From assembly GCA_963720465.1 (NCBI GenBank), contig OY970393.1, positions 1,696,001 through 1,760,000 on the forward strand: a DNA stretch of 64,000 bases, read 5' to 3'. The stretch is from Methanobacteriota archaeon. GTDB taxonomy: Archaea; Halobacteriota; Bog-38; Methanoflorentales; Methanoflorentaceae. A model generated the notes under the pieces. The model was given only the letters and a program-made list of their open reading frames with translations, made no database searches and was not told where the DNA came from. The position numbers and the translations under genes were made by a program. This document shows, in pieces, positions 42,503-51,956 of the stretch; the first letter of the stretch is position 1, and every line of letters begins with the position of its first letter.

Positions 42503-42755
42503 TTATGAATACTCATACGCCCACCCGTATTCCCGATTTTGATGTATCTGCACCTGAATCCTCTTGATGATTCGTCGCAACTGTTAGCGTGCGCTATTGG
42601 GTAGCCAGCCGTCGTGCGCGCGGTCCTGCAGATACTGATAAGCTTCCCAACTGGTCGAGCACTTCCTAAAAAGTTGTTCCATATGGCATAGTCGTTTTTG
42701 TAGTCTGCGATTTCGAGGATGAGTTCATCAACCTCGACACTCGATCGTGGTCCAT
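42503..42755 (-). pseudogene. Repeat family A, copy 4 (full length, indels, in-frame TAA)
   Basis: VEVDELILEIADYKNDYA...FRKCSTSWEAYQYLQDRAHDGWLPNSAR*QLRRIIKRIQVQIHQNREYGWAYEYS*. Confidence 0.85.
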
Positions 42756-43087
42756 GAGGCAAGATGGTGGGTATATCGGGGTAAAGTTAGTCTAAAAGTA
42801 ACGCGAAAATGTGGACAAGACGCAACCAAGGCTGTTGACCGGCCCGCTTACTTTTTATAAGAAACACCTATTCGGACCAAGCATCGACCCGTGCAACGGG
42901 GGCGGTCACAGCCTTAGAATGCTAAACCGAGGCATTCCATAGGTACAGCTAAAACCTATTTGAAGTTTTATTACAAATTTAGTACGTTACGGTGTGTCAC
43001 CGCATCAGGATTTGCTTCTCTAACGCGCTTTAAGAGAGGAACAGTTAAATCAACGCCCATCGTAGTGACGTAATGGAGGTGAAAAAC

Positions 43088-43216
43088 TTGGTAGGACCAG
43101 TGGGAAAAGCCGCAGCCGTTCATCATCACAGAGAAAAGAAGGATGATGACAAGAAGGATGATGACGTCATAGAACACAAGGGAGCGGCGGTTGCAGTGCA
43201 TCACAGACGCAAATAG
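43088..43216 (+). CDS. 42-aa His/Asp/Lys-rich microprotein
   Basis: GGAGGTGA RBS plus TTG; MVGPVGKAAAVHHHREKKDDDKKDDDVIEHKGAAVAVHHRRK; long T-tract downstream. Confidence 0.7.
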   Translation: MVGPVGKAAAVHHHREKKDDDKKDDDVIEHKGAAVAVHHRRK

Positions 43217-43608
43217 AGGGTGTACATGCGGGCTCTCAAAACGGCGGCAGCGACATAAAGCAAAGCGTGTTTCAATGAGCTGTTCTTTCTTTTTTTTGAT
43301 TTCCTTTATTTTTTAGGCCTCCTTTCTCAATCTCAACAGTCGGAATCGTTCTGCCGCTTCGACGGTGCTTCTTGGTCGCATACCAGCACGCCAGAATAGT
43401 CTCTGATATGGCGCGGAAGGCGGCACTCACACAAGCGGAACGTGCTGTTTATCGCCACGCAGCAGACAATGGGCGTATTTTGCGCACCTTTGGCAGTGCA
43501 GCATATCTGAAACAAAACGAAGGGAAAAAAATGACTTCAATTGTTATGATGATGGAAGCGTTACGCCAAGAGCTATAGACTAAAATGAGATTGATTAGAG
43601 GAAATCCT

Positions 43609-44263
43609 GTGGCCCAAACAGATCCTTTCTTGATTGCAATAGGCACTCCAGGGTTGTTGGTCTTCATCATCAGGAGGCATGGCCTTCACTGTCGGGCTCA
43701 CGGTTTTGCTAATGGTGGTAACCGTTGTCTTTCTGCCCCTCGTTCTGCCGCTCATATTGACCGGCGTACAGGTCAATCGGTGGGATATCGCAAAAAGCCT
43801 CATTTTTTTGATGCTGCTCCCACTTGCAATTGCTCTTGTCATTCGGGCAAGGTACGAGGAAATGGCAATTAGCCTGGAAATGGCAATTAGCCTTATTCCT
43901 ACTGCAAGAATGGCCACCAACCTCTCTTTAGTGGTAGTGTTCATCGGGTACTTCGTGGCTTATTTCGGCGAGATTATTAGCATTATCGGAACTGGCGGAA
44001 TTATTTCGGCAGTGCTGCTCATCGTTTTAGCCACCATCGTAGGCTATTTGGTTGGAGGAAAGAGCGTGGATACCAAGAAGGTTCTTAGCCTCGGAACAGG
44101 CACGAGAAACTTTGGGGCCGCATTTGCTGTCGCTACCAGCAATTTCCAGAGCACTCCTGAGGTAACGACAGAGATTCTCGTGTTGACATCGTGGGACCGT
44201 TATCCTGATGCTCATCGCCGAAGAGTTTGGAAAGCGATGCAAGAGCCCCCCTCTAGAAGCTAG
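43609..44263 (+). pseudogene. Bile acid:Na+ symporter (BASS)-like transporter with internal deletion and frameshifts
   Basis: LSLGTGTRNFGAAF motif; short RBS-led N-terminus joined out of frame to MAFTVGL; 18-bp tandem duplication at 43858-43893. Confidence 0.75.
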
Positions 44264-44635
44264 GGCGTAGGCCGAGCGAATCCGAGCTATCAGATATACT
44301 TACGCAAGCACTCCCGAAGCACGATGGCCGTTTCACAAAACTCATTAACCACGTTCCCATCGTGGTCCCGATAAACGCCCAGGTCGTCTTTGAACATTAC
44401 CATCGGCGGATACTTTTCGCCGTCGCCGTTGTGTTTTTCCAGTCTCGTATGCGTTTTAGTATGCTAAAATCACTCATCTCAATAGCTTTGCAGCTACGCG
44501 CCTCAAGCTTTGCGAGTCGTTCTTCGATCGAGCCAGCCTCTCCGGTTCGAGCCAAGGCAAAACGTCGATGCGGTCCGGGCCGCGTTCGTATTTATGGTAT
44601 GAGATCGCTGATAATCGGCAAGGAGACTCTAGACT

Positions 44636-44858
44636 ATGAAGGTAGAACGGGACAAAGGCAACGAGGCAGTACGGCTGGCTGAGTTCAACGATTTGGAAGA
44701 AACGGTCGCGGACATCGCTAGTCGTGTCGAAGCCATGGAAAAAACACGTCAGGACACGCAACCCTAACGCGCAAATAAAGACAATCAAAGATCTACTGCG
44801 GCGCGTTGAAGCTATCGAACAGCATATACGGCAGCACCACCCGAACGATATGAAATAG
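44636..44858 (+). pseudogene. Small coiled-coil protein, probably frameshifted
   Basis: AAGGAG RBS; FNDLEETVADIASRVEAMEK then IKDLLRRVEAIEQHI in the next frame. Confidence 0.45.
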
Positions 44859-45010
44859 ATAAGCCTCTAGGTTAGACGGCGTCTGTGCTTGAGCATGCTT
44901 CGTGCACTGACTGATGCCTTCTCAATCACTGCGTGCACCAAAAAAGCATCGTTTCACTACCGTAAAACAGTCGGGCTGCTGCGCATCAATTTCACGGATT
45001 AGCTTTTGTA

Positions 45011-47461
45011 TCAACTCGCGGCAGGCACGTGCCGGCTAGTGGCTTGGATCCTGAAGCGGAGCACTTTAACCCATTCTTGCCACGAGGCGCACACGAAGGA
45101 GATTGCAAATACGGTTGCAAGTTGAACGATCGTCACGGAAGCGAGCTTGAAATAAGCGCTAAGCTCAGGAGTGCCGATCGCGACAAAGAGGAAGGCAATT
45201 GCGGCCAGCGCCCACACATCCATGGCCCTATTGGCAAAGATCCCAGAGTGATACAGGGGATCTGTCTCCGACCGCGACACAAAAGCGAGGATCATAAGGC
45301 TGAATATCCAAGCGGCAAACGCGAACGTTTGTGCTTGCACAAGAGGCAGACCCTGCCAGAGCGCGTAGAAGTACGAGATGGTGACCCCGGCGAAAAGGCT
45401 GAGCCCCGAAGCCGCAACTCCCTTGAGCATAGCAGAATTCACGAAACGCTCTTTCAGATCCCGCGGGAGATCAGAGTAAATGCGTCCCTCGGCCGGTTCG
45501 GCGACAAAGGCTGCAGATGCCCCCAAGTCCATGAACAGTTCGAGGACGATGATCTGAATCGGTGCAAGGGGGAAGGCGATGCCAGCAAGCACCGGCAAGA
45601 GAAAGATTAGGATGAGGGCGGCTTTTACGGAGAGGTAAAACTTGACCCCCTTCCGGAGGTTCTCAAAGAACTTACGCCCCTCAAAAACGCCCCGCCCAAT
45701 CAAAACGAAGTTGTCATTGGACAGCACGATGTCTGCCGCCTCTTTGGCCGCATCCGTGCCCTTGATGCCCATGGCGATGCCGATGTCGGCGCCTTTCAAC
45801 GCGAGGGTGTCGTTGATCCCATCTCCGGTGACCGCAACGATCTCGCCATTGTGCTGAAGCGCTGTTACGAGGCGATACTTGTGTTCGGGCGTCGTCCGCG
45901 CGAATACCGCAACCGTTTTTACCGAGTCTTGCAGCTCCCCGTCCGATAGGCGATCCAGCTCATCGCCCGTCATGATCTTGCTGCCATCAATGCCTACGCT
46001 TTGGGCTACAAAATGCGCCGTCAGGGGGTGGTCGCCTGTCACCATGATCGTGCGTATTCCAGCGCTCCGTGCGCGTTCGACGGTTTCTTTCACCTCCTTT
46101 CGCGGCGGGTCTTCAAGAAATAGCATCCCCGATAAGGTCATTTCCTTCTCGAGTTCTGAGAAAGGCAGATCGCGCGCAGCAGGCAGAAGCGTCCTCTCGG
46201 CGACGGCAATGGCCCGTCTTCCCTTGGCCGTTTCGTTCCTGAGCGCTTCTTCGAAAGAGCCGGTTGCGTCTTTTGTGAGGGCGAGAATCTCTTCGGGGGC
46301 CCCACTCATGAACAACCGCGCCTCGCCGTCCAAAACTCGCACCGTGGAGCGCGTTTTTCGTTCACTGTCAAAGCTTCGCTCACGAACGAGCGAGCCGATC
46401 GTTGGCGCCAGCCCCGTCTGCGCCCGCTCAAGGGTTGCGAGATCGGTCGCTGAGGTCGGAAACTCCGGCAGCGCCCCAAGCGCGGCTGCGATTGCGTCGT
46501 TCTCGCTCTCGTGAGGGAATACCGAAACAACACGCATCTTATTCTCGGTAATGGTACCCGTTTTATCCGTGAGTATGACGGTCGCGTCCCCCAACACCTC
46601 TGCGGCCTTGATCCTCTTTACCAAGAAGCCCTTCTTAGAGAGTTGGTACGCCCCTAAACCGAGCACCATGGTGATGATGATAGGGAGTTCTTCGGGGATG
46701 GTAGCAAATGCCAACGCGAGCCCGGTGAGAAACATCTGATAAAGGTTTTGACCACGCAGGAATCCCAGAAACGGGATGGCTATGCTAAACGCGAGGGCCA
46801 CTCCCACCAAGCTCTTTGCCAAGGACTTCATTGCAAGCTGCAAGGGCGTCTTTGGCTCCTTGATCTCCTCCGCACGCGCTGAAATGGCGCCGATCTTGCT
46901 GGAAGCTCCCGTTGCAAAAACGATCGCGGTGCCTTCGCCTGCAACGGCGAGCGTGCCTGCATAGACGTCGTCGTCGGCCTTTCGCTCTTGAGGGAAAGAT
47001 TCACCGGTTAGCGACGATTCGTCGATAGACAGACTCAACGACTGCGTTACGTGCGCGTCGCCCGCCACCCGCGTACCCGACGAGATGAGGAGCACATCAC
47101 CCGCCACGACCAATTCGGTCTTAATATTCGTGGTAACGCCATCGCGTAAGACCCGTGCGGTGGGTGCGGCCAGTTGCGAGAGCGACGATATGGTCTTTTT
47201 GGCGCGGTACTCGTTCCAGACCTCTGCGAAGATAAGGGCAGCGATGATCGCAAAGATGGTGATCGTGTCACCCAGTTCACCGCCAAGCGCGTAAAAAAAG
47301 CCTACCGCGAAGAGAAGGAGGATCATCGGCTCCGTGATCTCCTCCCTGACGATGCTGATGAAACGGACGGTATGCGGCTTGAAGAGCGTATTATATCCGT
47401 ACTCAGCAAGGCGCTTTTCAGCTTCCGCCGTGGTCAGCCCGTTTCCTTCGTCTGCTTGCAT
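45011..47461 (-). CDS. P-type (type II-like) cation-transporting ATPase
   Basis: TGES, PEELP, DKTGT, TGDHP, TGDGINDTLAL. Confidence 0.96.
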   Translation of the reverse strand: MQADEGNGLTTAEAEKRLAEYGYNTLFKPHTVRFISIVREEITEPMILLLFAVGFFYALGGELGDTITIFAIIAALIFAEVWNEYRAKKTISSLSQLAAPTARVLRDGVTTNIKTELVVAGDVLLISSGTRVAGDAHVTQSLSLSIDESSLTGESFPQERKADDDVYAGTLAVAGEGTAIVFATGASSKIGAISARAEEIKEPKTPLQLAMKSLAKSLVGVALAFSIAIPFLGFLRGQNLYQMFLTGLALAFATIPEELPIIITMVLGLGAYQLSKKGFLVKRIKAAEVLGDATVILTDKTGTITENKMRVVSVFPHESENDAIAAALGALPEFPTSATDLATLERAQTGLAPTIGSLVRERSFDSERKTRSTVRVLDGEARLFMSGAPEEILALTKDATGSFEEALRNETAKGRRAIAVAERTLLPAARDLPFSELEKEMTLSGMLFLEDPPRKEVKETVERARSAGIRTIMVTGDHPLTAHFVAQSVGIDGSKIMTGDELDRLSDGELQDSVKTVAVFARTTPEHKYRLVTALQHNGEIVAVTGDGINDTLALKGADIGIAMGIKGTDAAKEAADIVLSNDNFVLIGRGVFEGRKFFENLRKGVKFYLSVKAALILIFLLPVLAGIAFPLAPIQIIVLELFMDLGASAAFVAEPAEGRIYSDLPRDLKERFVNSAMLKGVAASGLSLFAGVTISYFYALWQGLPLVQAQTFAFAAWIFSLMILAFVSRSETDPLYHSGIFANRAMDVWALAAIAFLFVAIGTPELSAYFKLASVTIVQLATVFAISFVCASWQEWVKVLRFRIQATSRHVPAAS

Positions 47462-47740
47462 GCTCGTCTGTACTGTGCTCCAAATCGATCGAAACGGCCA
47501 GTCTAGCCTGAAGTGATCAGATATAGCAATGCGCCCTTATTTATGTTGCGCCCTGCTTTTCGGAGATGTTTCGCGCCTGGGGCTTTTATTCTCGGGCACG
47601 TGCTCGTGCACCGTTTGGTTGACTGCAGTTATCCACGTCTCGTCACTCTTCGAGCTAATCGCGCGCGCGCAAAACGTCTCATTCGTCGAACGGCACACGT
47701 TTATCGAATAAGGCTACAAAGGTTAATGGAGGTGATTGTT

Positions 47741-47842
47741 TTGGAACAGCGCCAACTTGCGGGAATCTTCTTGATCGTTCTAATTGTCTTTTTCTTTGTG
47801 CTCTGGTGGCTGCTTGCTTACCAATTCCGTGTTCTAGGCTAG
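47741..47842 (+). CDS. 33-aa single-TM microprotein (MEQRQLAGIFLIVLIVFFFVLWWLLAYQFRVLG)
   Basis: GGAGGTGA RBS plus TTG; one hydrophobic helix. Confidence 0.65.
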   Translation: MEQRQLAGIFLIVLIVFFFVLWWLLAYQFRVLG

Positions 47843-48037
47843 TTTCTTGAGCGTTCTTGGGTCTCACGGCTGTATTTTGGGAGGTATCGCAGTTGAAGTA
47901 CAGGTACGGCAAGGAACGATCAGCCAAAGGGTGCAGCGTGCAGCCGCTGGGCATCATCTCCTTATGCCGCGACTGCCCTGCGTGGTCTCGCCCCTCGCTT
48001 TCGCGGCCCCCTTATTTGAATTGCGCGGTCAGTTGAC

Positions 48038-49441
48038 TTACGATACCGAATGTGCTTCTCGCGGCGATCGTTGCTTCACAATTGTCTTGGTTTTTGGTGC
48101 CAGCAGAGCGGCGTACGCCTTTTTGATGTCGTCAACGAAAAGATCTGCCATATCGCGACTGAAGTTCTGTCGGACGACGACGCGCATAATAGGGATTGCG
48201 TCGGCATTTGGTGGCAGCGTGTAGGCGGGAACAATCCAACCTCGTTCCCGCAGCTTGGCAGATAGATCATACACGGAGAAATCGACGGGTTCTTTGAGCT
48301 GGAACGTGACGACGGGAAGGATTTCAGCTCGGTTGAGGATATCGAAATGCCCCGTGTCCAAGAGCCGCTTGGTCAGGTATTGGGCGTGTTCTAGGACTGC
48401 CTTGGCGGCCATCGCGTACCCTTCCCAACCAAGCCGGAGCAGGTTGTAGTACTGCGCGAGCAACATGCCGCTGCCGCGCGAGAAATTAAGGGTGTAGCTG
48501 GGCATCTCATCGCCGAGGTAGTTCACGTAAAACACGAGTTCCTCCGGCAAGTCGGTGGTATCGCGGAAGATAAGCCACCCAAGGCCGGGATATACCAAGC
48601 CGTATTTGTGGGCGGACACGTTGATCGATTTCACTTGGGACAGTCTGAAATCCCACCGCAGCTCTGGTAGTGTGAACGGCAGGATGAACCCCCCGATTGC
48701 GGCATCGACGTGAATCGGAATATCCCATCCGCGTGTGTTCTTGACCTCGACAAGCAGGTCGTTAATCTCCTCGATTGGGTCGATCTCGCCAGTGAATGTC
48801 GTCCCGAGGATAACGCCGACACAGATAGTATTTTCGTCGATAAGGTCAGAAACTGCCTCCTTGGTGATGGTAAAACGACCCTCCTCGAGCGGTATCACCC
48901 GCGGCTCAACGTCGAAGTACTTGGCAAACTTGTCCCAGCAAATGTGTGCGTCGGCGCCGAAGATGATGTTCGGCTTATCATAGGGTTTTCCTTCTGCTTC
49001 GCGGCGTTTCCTCCACTGCCACTTGTGTGCGAGTGAGCCAAGCATCACCGCTTCGGATGAGCCGCCCGTTGCGGTGCCAGTGAACGTCACGGGGTCCGGC
49101 GCGTTGAAGAGGCGCGCAAGCATGTTGATGCAACGCTTGTGTATCACCTCGGTCTGTGGGTACTCGAACTGATCGGCGAAGTTTTTGTGGATGTTCTCTA
49201 CGATGAGTTGCGTCGCCTGCGGCTCCATCCAGGTCGTCACAAAGCTGGCGAGATTGAGGGCGGGATTGCCGTCCAAGTTCATCTCATCGTGTACCAGCTG
49301 ATACGCGCAGTCGGGCCGCATGCCAGTTCCAGACAGCTCGTACTTTGGCACCGGCATCGTGCAATAGCGTGAGGTGTACGCGGGCCCGACGACTTTCTCA
49401 GGCTCTTCGAGTTTCTCGAGGTCTACTTTGTGGGAGAGCAT
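48038..49441 (-). CDS. gadB: Glutamate decarboxylase (GadA/B type)
   Basis: LDGNPALNLASFVTTWME, IHVDAA, SINVSAHKYGLVYPG (PLP lysine), GWIVPAY. Confidence 0.95.
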   Translation of the reverse strand: MLSHKVDLEKLEEPEKVVGPAYTSRYCTMPVPKYELSGTGMRPDCAYQLVHDEMNLDGNPALNLASFVTTWMEPQATQLIVENIHKNFADQFEYPQTEVIHKRCINMLARLFNAPDPVTFTGTATGGSSEAVMLGSLAHKWQWRKRREAEGKPYDKPNIIFGADAHICWDKFAKYFDVEPRVIPLEEGRFTITKEAVSDLIDENTICVGVILGTTFTGEIDPIEEINDLLVEVKNTRGWDIPIHVDAAIGGFILPFTLPELRWDFRLSQVKSINVSAHKYGLVYPGLGWLIFRDTTDLPEELVFYVNYLGDEMPSYTLNFSRGSGMLLAQYYNLLRLGWEGYAMAAKAVLEHAQYLTKRLLDTGHFDILNRAEILPVVTFQLKEPVDFSVYDLSAKLRERGWIVPAYTLPPNADAIPIMRVVVRQNFSRDMADLFVDDIKKAYAALLAPKTKTIVKQRSPREAHSVS

Positions 49442-49693
49442 AACACAAAGAGAGCAGCGATCTGTAAATAGTTGTCCACCATAAGAACGTAGTTTGCCGC
49501 TATACCGCCAAAGAAAGCCCCTCCATAGTGTTGTGCCTTTCGTCGCCCCGTTTTCCCCGTCGTCACTCGCTAAAACTGCCGGCTACGTGCAAGGTAGGGA
49601 CATTGTGCGTCCACGGCGACGAAAAGGGATCGCGTGCAGACGCGTGCTTCACTCCCCATCAGCATATATAGTAAGCACCGCAAAAGCGAGATT

Positions 49694-50152
49694 ATGGAAA
49701 AAAAGCGCGCCTTCATTGCTGGCCTAGTGATCGCGCTGCTATCCTTCGCAGTCGTTGTAGCCGGGTGCACGTCGAGCACGAGCAACAACAGTTCCTCGGC
49801 TGCGCCAACGCAAACGAGCCAGACCGTGCCGATGACAAAAACAGCAAACGTGACAAACGTGACGCCTGGAGAACCAATAACCGTGGCGGAGGGGCTAAAT
49901 TTCACGATAACGCTGCGGTCAAATCCTTCGACGGGATATAGTTGGGAGCCTCAGTTTAACCACACAGCGCTGTCGCTTGTAGACAGCGTGTTTGTCAGCG
50001 ACCCTAACCCGCATCATCTTGTCGGCGTGCCCGGATCGCAAGTCTTTACGTTTCAAGGCCTCGCGAAGGGAACGACCACAGTCACGTTCCAGAATGTCAG
50101 TCCGTCGCAAATCGTGACTGAACAAACGACGTACACGGTGACCGTTACATAA
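49694..50152 (+). CDS. Chagasin (I42) protease-inhibitor lipoprotein
   Basis: VAGC lipobox; SNPSTGYSW; VGVPG..VFTF. Confidence 0.9.
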   Translation: MEKKRAFIAGLVIALLSFAVVVAGCTSSTSNNSSSAAPTQTSQTVPMTKTANVTNVTPGEPITVAEGLNFTITLRSNPSTGYSWEPQFNHTALSLVDSVFVSDPNPHHLVGVPGSQVFTFQGLAKGTTTVTFQNVSPSQIVTEQTTYTVTVT

Positions 50153-50172
50153 TCTGGCACGAGGGCCACGCG

Positions 50173-50526
50173 TTAGCGCTGCCAAACGCGAAGTGATTTT
50201 GACAGCGCCGTAGTTTCGGCAACGGATGCGCCAAGAAGTATTGCGAGAAAGATCTGATCATCGACAGCGCCAAGACGCTTAGCTCCTTCAATGTGGGTTT
50301 CGAGACAATATTCGGATCCGAGAGCAGCTGCAGCTCCGATCGCGATGAGCTCTTTAGTAAGTCCAGTTAGCGCTTTGTCAGTCGCCAGCTGCTCATTCTT
50401 GTAGAAAAAGGTTTTGAGTGTTTCCGGATTGTGCCGGAGCTCTTGATAGATTCGGGGAACAAAGCCATAGTAGCTAGCCACTCTTTCCAATATCGCGCGC
50501 ACTTCCGCATCATCTTGTTCGTGCAT
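50173..50526 (-). CDS. Carboxymuconolactone decarboxylase/AhpD-like protein
   Basis: YGFVP, L...TKELIAIG.AAA.GSEYCLETH. Confidence 0.88.
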   Translation of the reverse strand: MHEQDDAEVRAILERVASYYGFVPRIYQELRHNPETLKTFFYKNEQLATDKALTGLTKELIAIGAAAALGSEYCLETHIEGAKRLGAVDDQIFLAILLGASVAETTALSKSLRVWQR

Positions 50527-50856
50527 CTCACACCTCTTCAGGACCTCGCCTGCTTCGGATCCGATTGCTGGCAGTCCGAGAACCTTGCATGCATAATGAT
50601 ACCACCGTTATAAGGATTACGTAGCCAGCGTATCGTTGCCATATAAAAGCGCCAAATGGGTCAACTGCGGTGCTCAAGGCGTCAAACATAAAAAATGTCG
50701 TTCCAAAACACGTGTTTGTGCTGGGCAATCCATTCTTTTCTCCTGACCGATGCCCGTGGTTAACGCGGCAGTCACGCACTTGGTGCACGGTTCTCGGTCA
50801 AAGGATGTAAGTATCAGCGTTACAAAGGCTTGCAAAAAAACTTCAAGGAGAATAAA

Positions 50857-51225
50857 ATGCCAAGAGTAGTGCACTTCGAGCTGCCTGCCGATGATCCAAA
50901 GCGGGCGGTAGCGTTTTACGAAAAGGTGTTTGGCTGGGCCATCATAAAGTGGGAAGGGCCGATGGATTACTGGCTAGTTGCCACCGGACCCGATGACGAA
51001 CCGGGAATCAACGGTGCGATAACACCGCGCATGATGCCTGAGCAGGTGACAACGAACACCGTAAGCGTCGCGTCTGTCGACGACTTCACGAAAAAGATTG
51101 TAGACGCTGGCGGAAACGTTATGATGCCAAAGCGGGCGGTTCCGGGCCAGGGGTACCTCGCCTACTGCACGGACACGGAAGGGAACGTTTTTGGCGTGAT
51201 GGAGATGGACCCGTCCGCGAAGTAA
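50857..51225 (+). CDS. VOC/glyoxalase family protein
   Basis: VVHFE.PADD..RA..FY..VFGW, DTEGNVFG. Confidence 0.92.
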   Translation: MPRVVHFELPADDPKRAVAFYEKVFGWAIIKWEGPMDYWLVATGPDDEPGINGAITPRMMPEQVTTNTVSVASVDDFTKKIVDAGGNVMMPKRAVPGQGYLAYCTDTEGNVFGVMEMDPSAK

Positions 51226-51587
51226 CACGACCTGATTGCTGACGAGCTCTGACGACACTGGCTCTGTTGGCTCCGTGCATTCCCAAGGCTTGTGCGTGGG
51301 AATCCACGCCAAGCTCGATCTCAACTTGTAGTCACGCAGTGAAACGTATCAATGCGGGTGCGGCACTTTCTTTTCTTACCACGACACTTGAATCGCTTCT
51401 TCAAGCCGCATTGCTGGTGCGACGTGGGCCACGCCGAGGCCCTCCCCTTCTTTCTTCTCAAGTAACACGTTAGCAACTGCCGTTCGTTTGGATTTAAGCT
51501 TGGTAGTTGTGCTGCGTGTGCAAATCGCGCACAACCGGGGTTAATAGTATAAGCAGGGTTTAGCATTGTTTATCCGTAGTGATTGGC

Positions 51588-51878
51588 ATGGATCTGAAAG
51601 AGTTGCGCGAGCAGTACTATGATGAGTGGGTCGGAAATGACCTCGAATTTAAAGGCTTGGATGGCTATTTGTATCACGGCTTTCTGTCTGACTGGCTCGA
51701 GGACGGATCGCTCGTCTTTAACAGCCTTACCACGATCAGTCTCGGTGATAACGGGGTGCAGCAGGAATTGAATTCGTGGGGTGAGTCGTTCTGGCTCGTC
51801 ATCAACAGTGCTTCTATAGCCTACATAATCTCAACAAAGTCCATAGAGAGTAAGCGAAGCAAGTCCGCAGGCCGTTAG
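51588..51878 (+). CDS. Hypothetical protein with an Sm/LSm-like pattern
   Basis: VGNDLEFKGLDGYLYHGFL (Sm1-like) and LVINSASIAYI (Sm2-like). Confidence 0.55.
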   Translation: MDLKELREQYYDEWVGNDLEFKGLDGYLYHGFLSDWLEDGSLVFNSLTTISLGDNGVQQELNSWGESFWLVINSASIAYIISTKSIESKRSKSAGR

Positions 51879-51956
51879 TAATCCTCTGTGTGAGCTTTAT
51901 CGACAATCGAAAATCAGCGCAGACGCGTTGAGCTGGCCATCTTTTTCTACGGAGAC

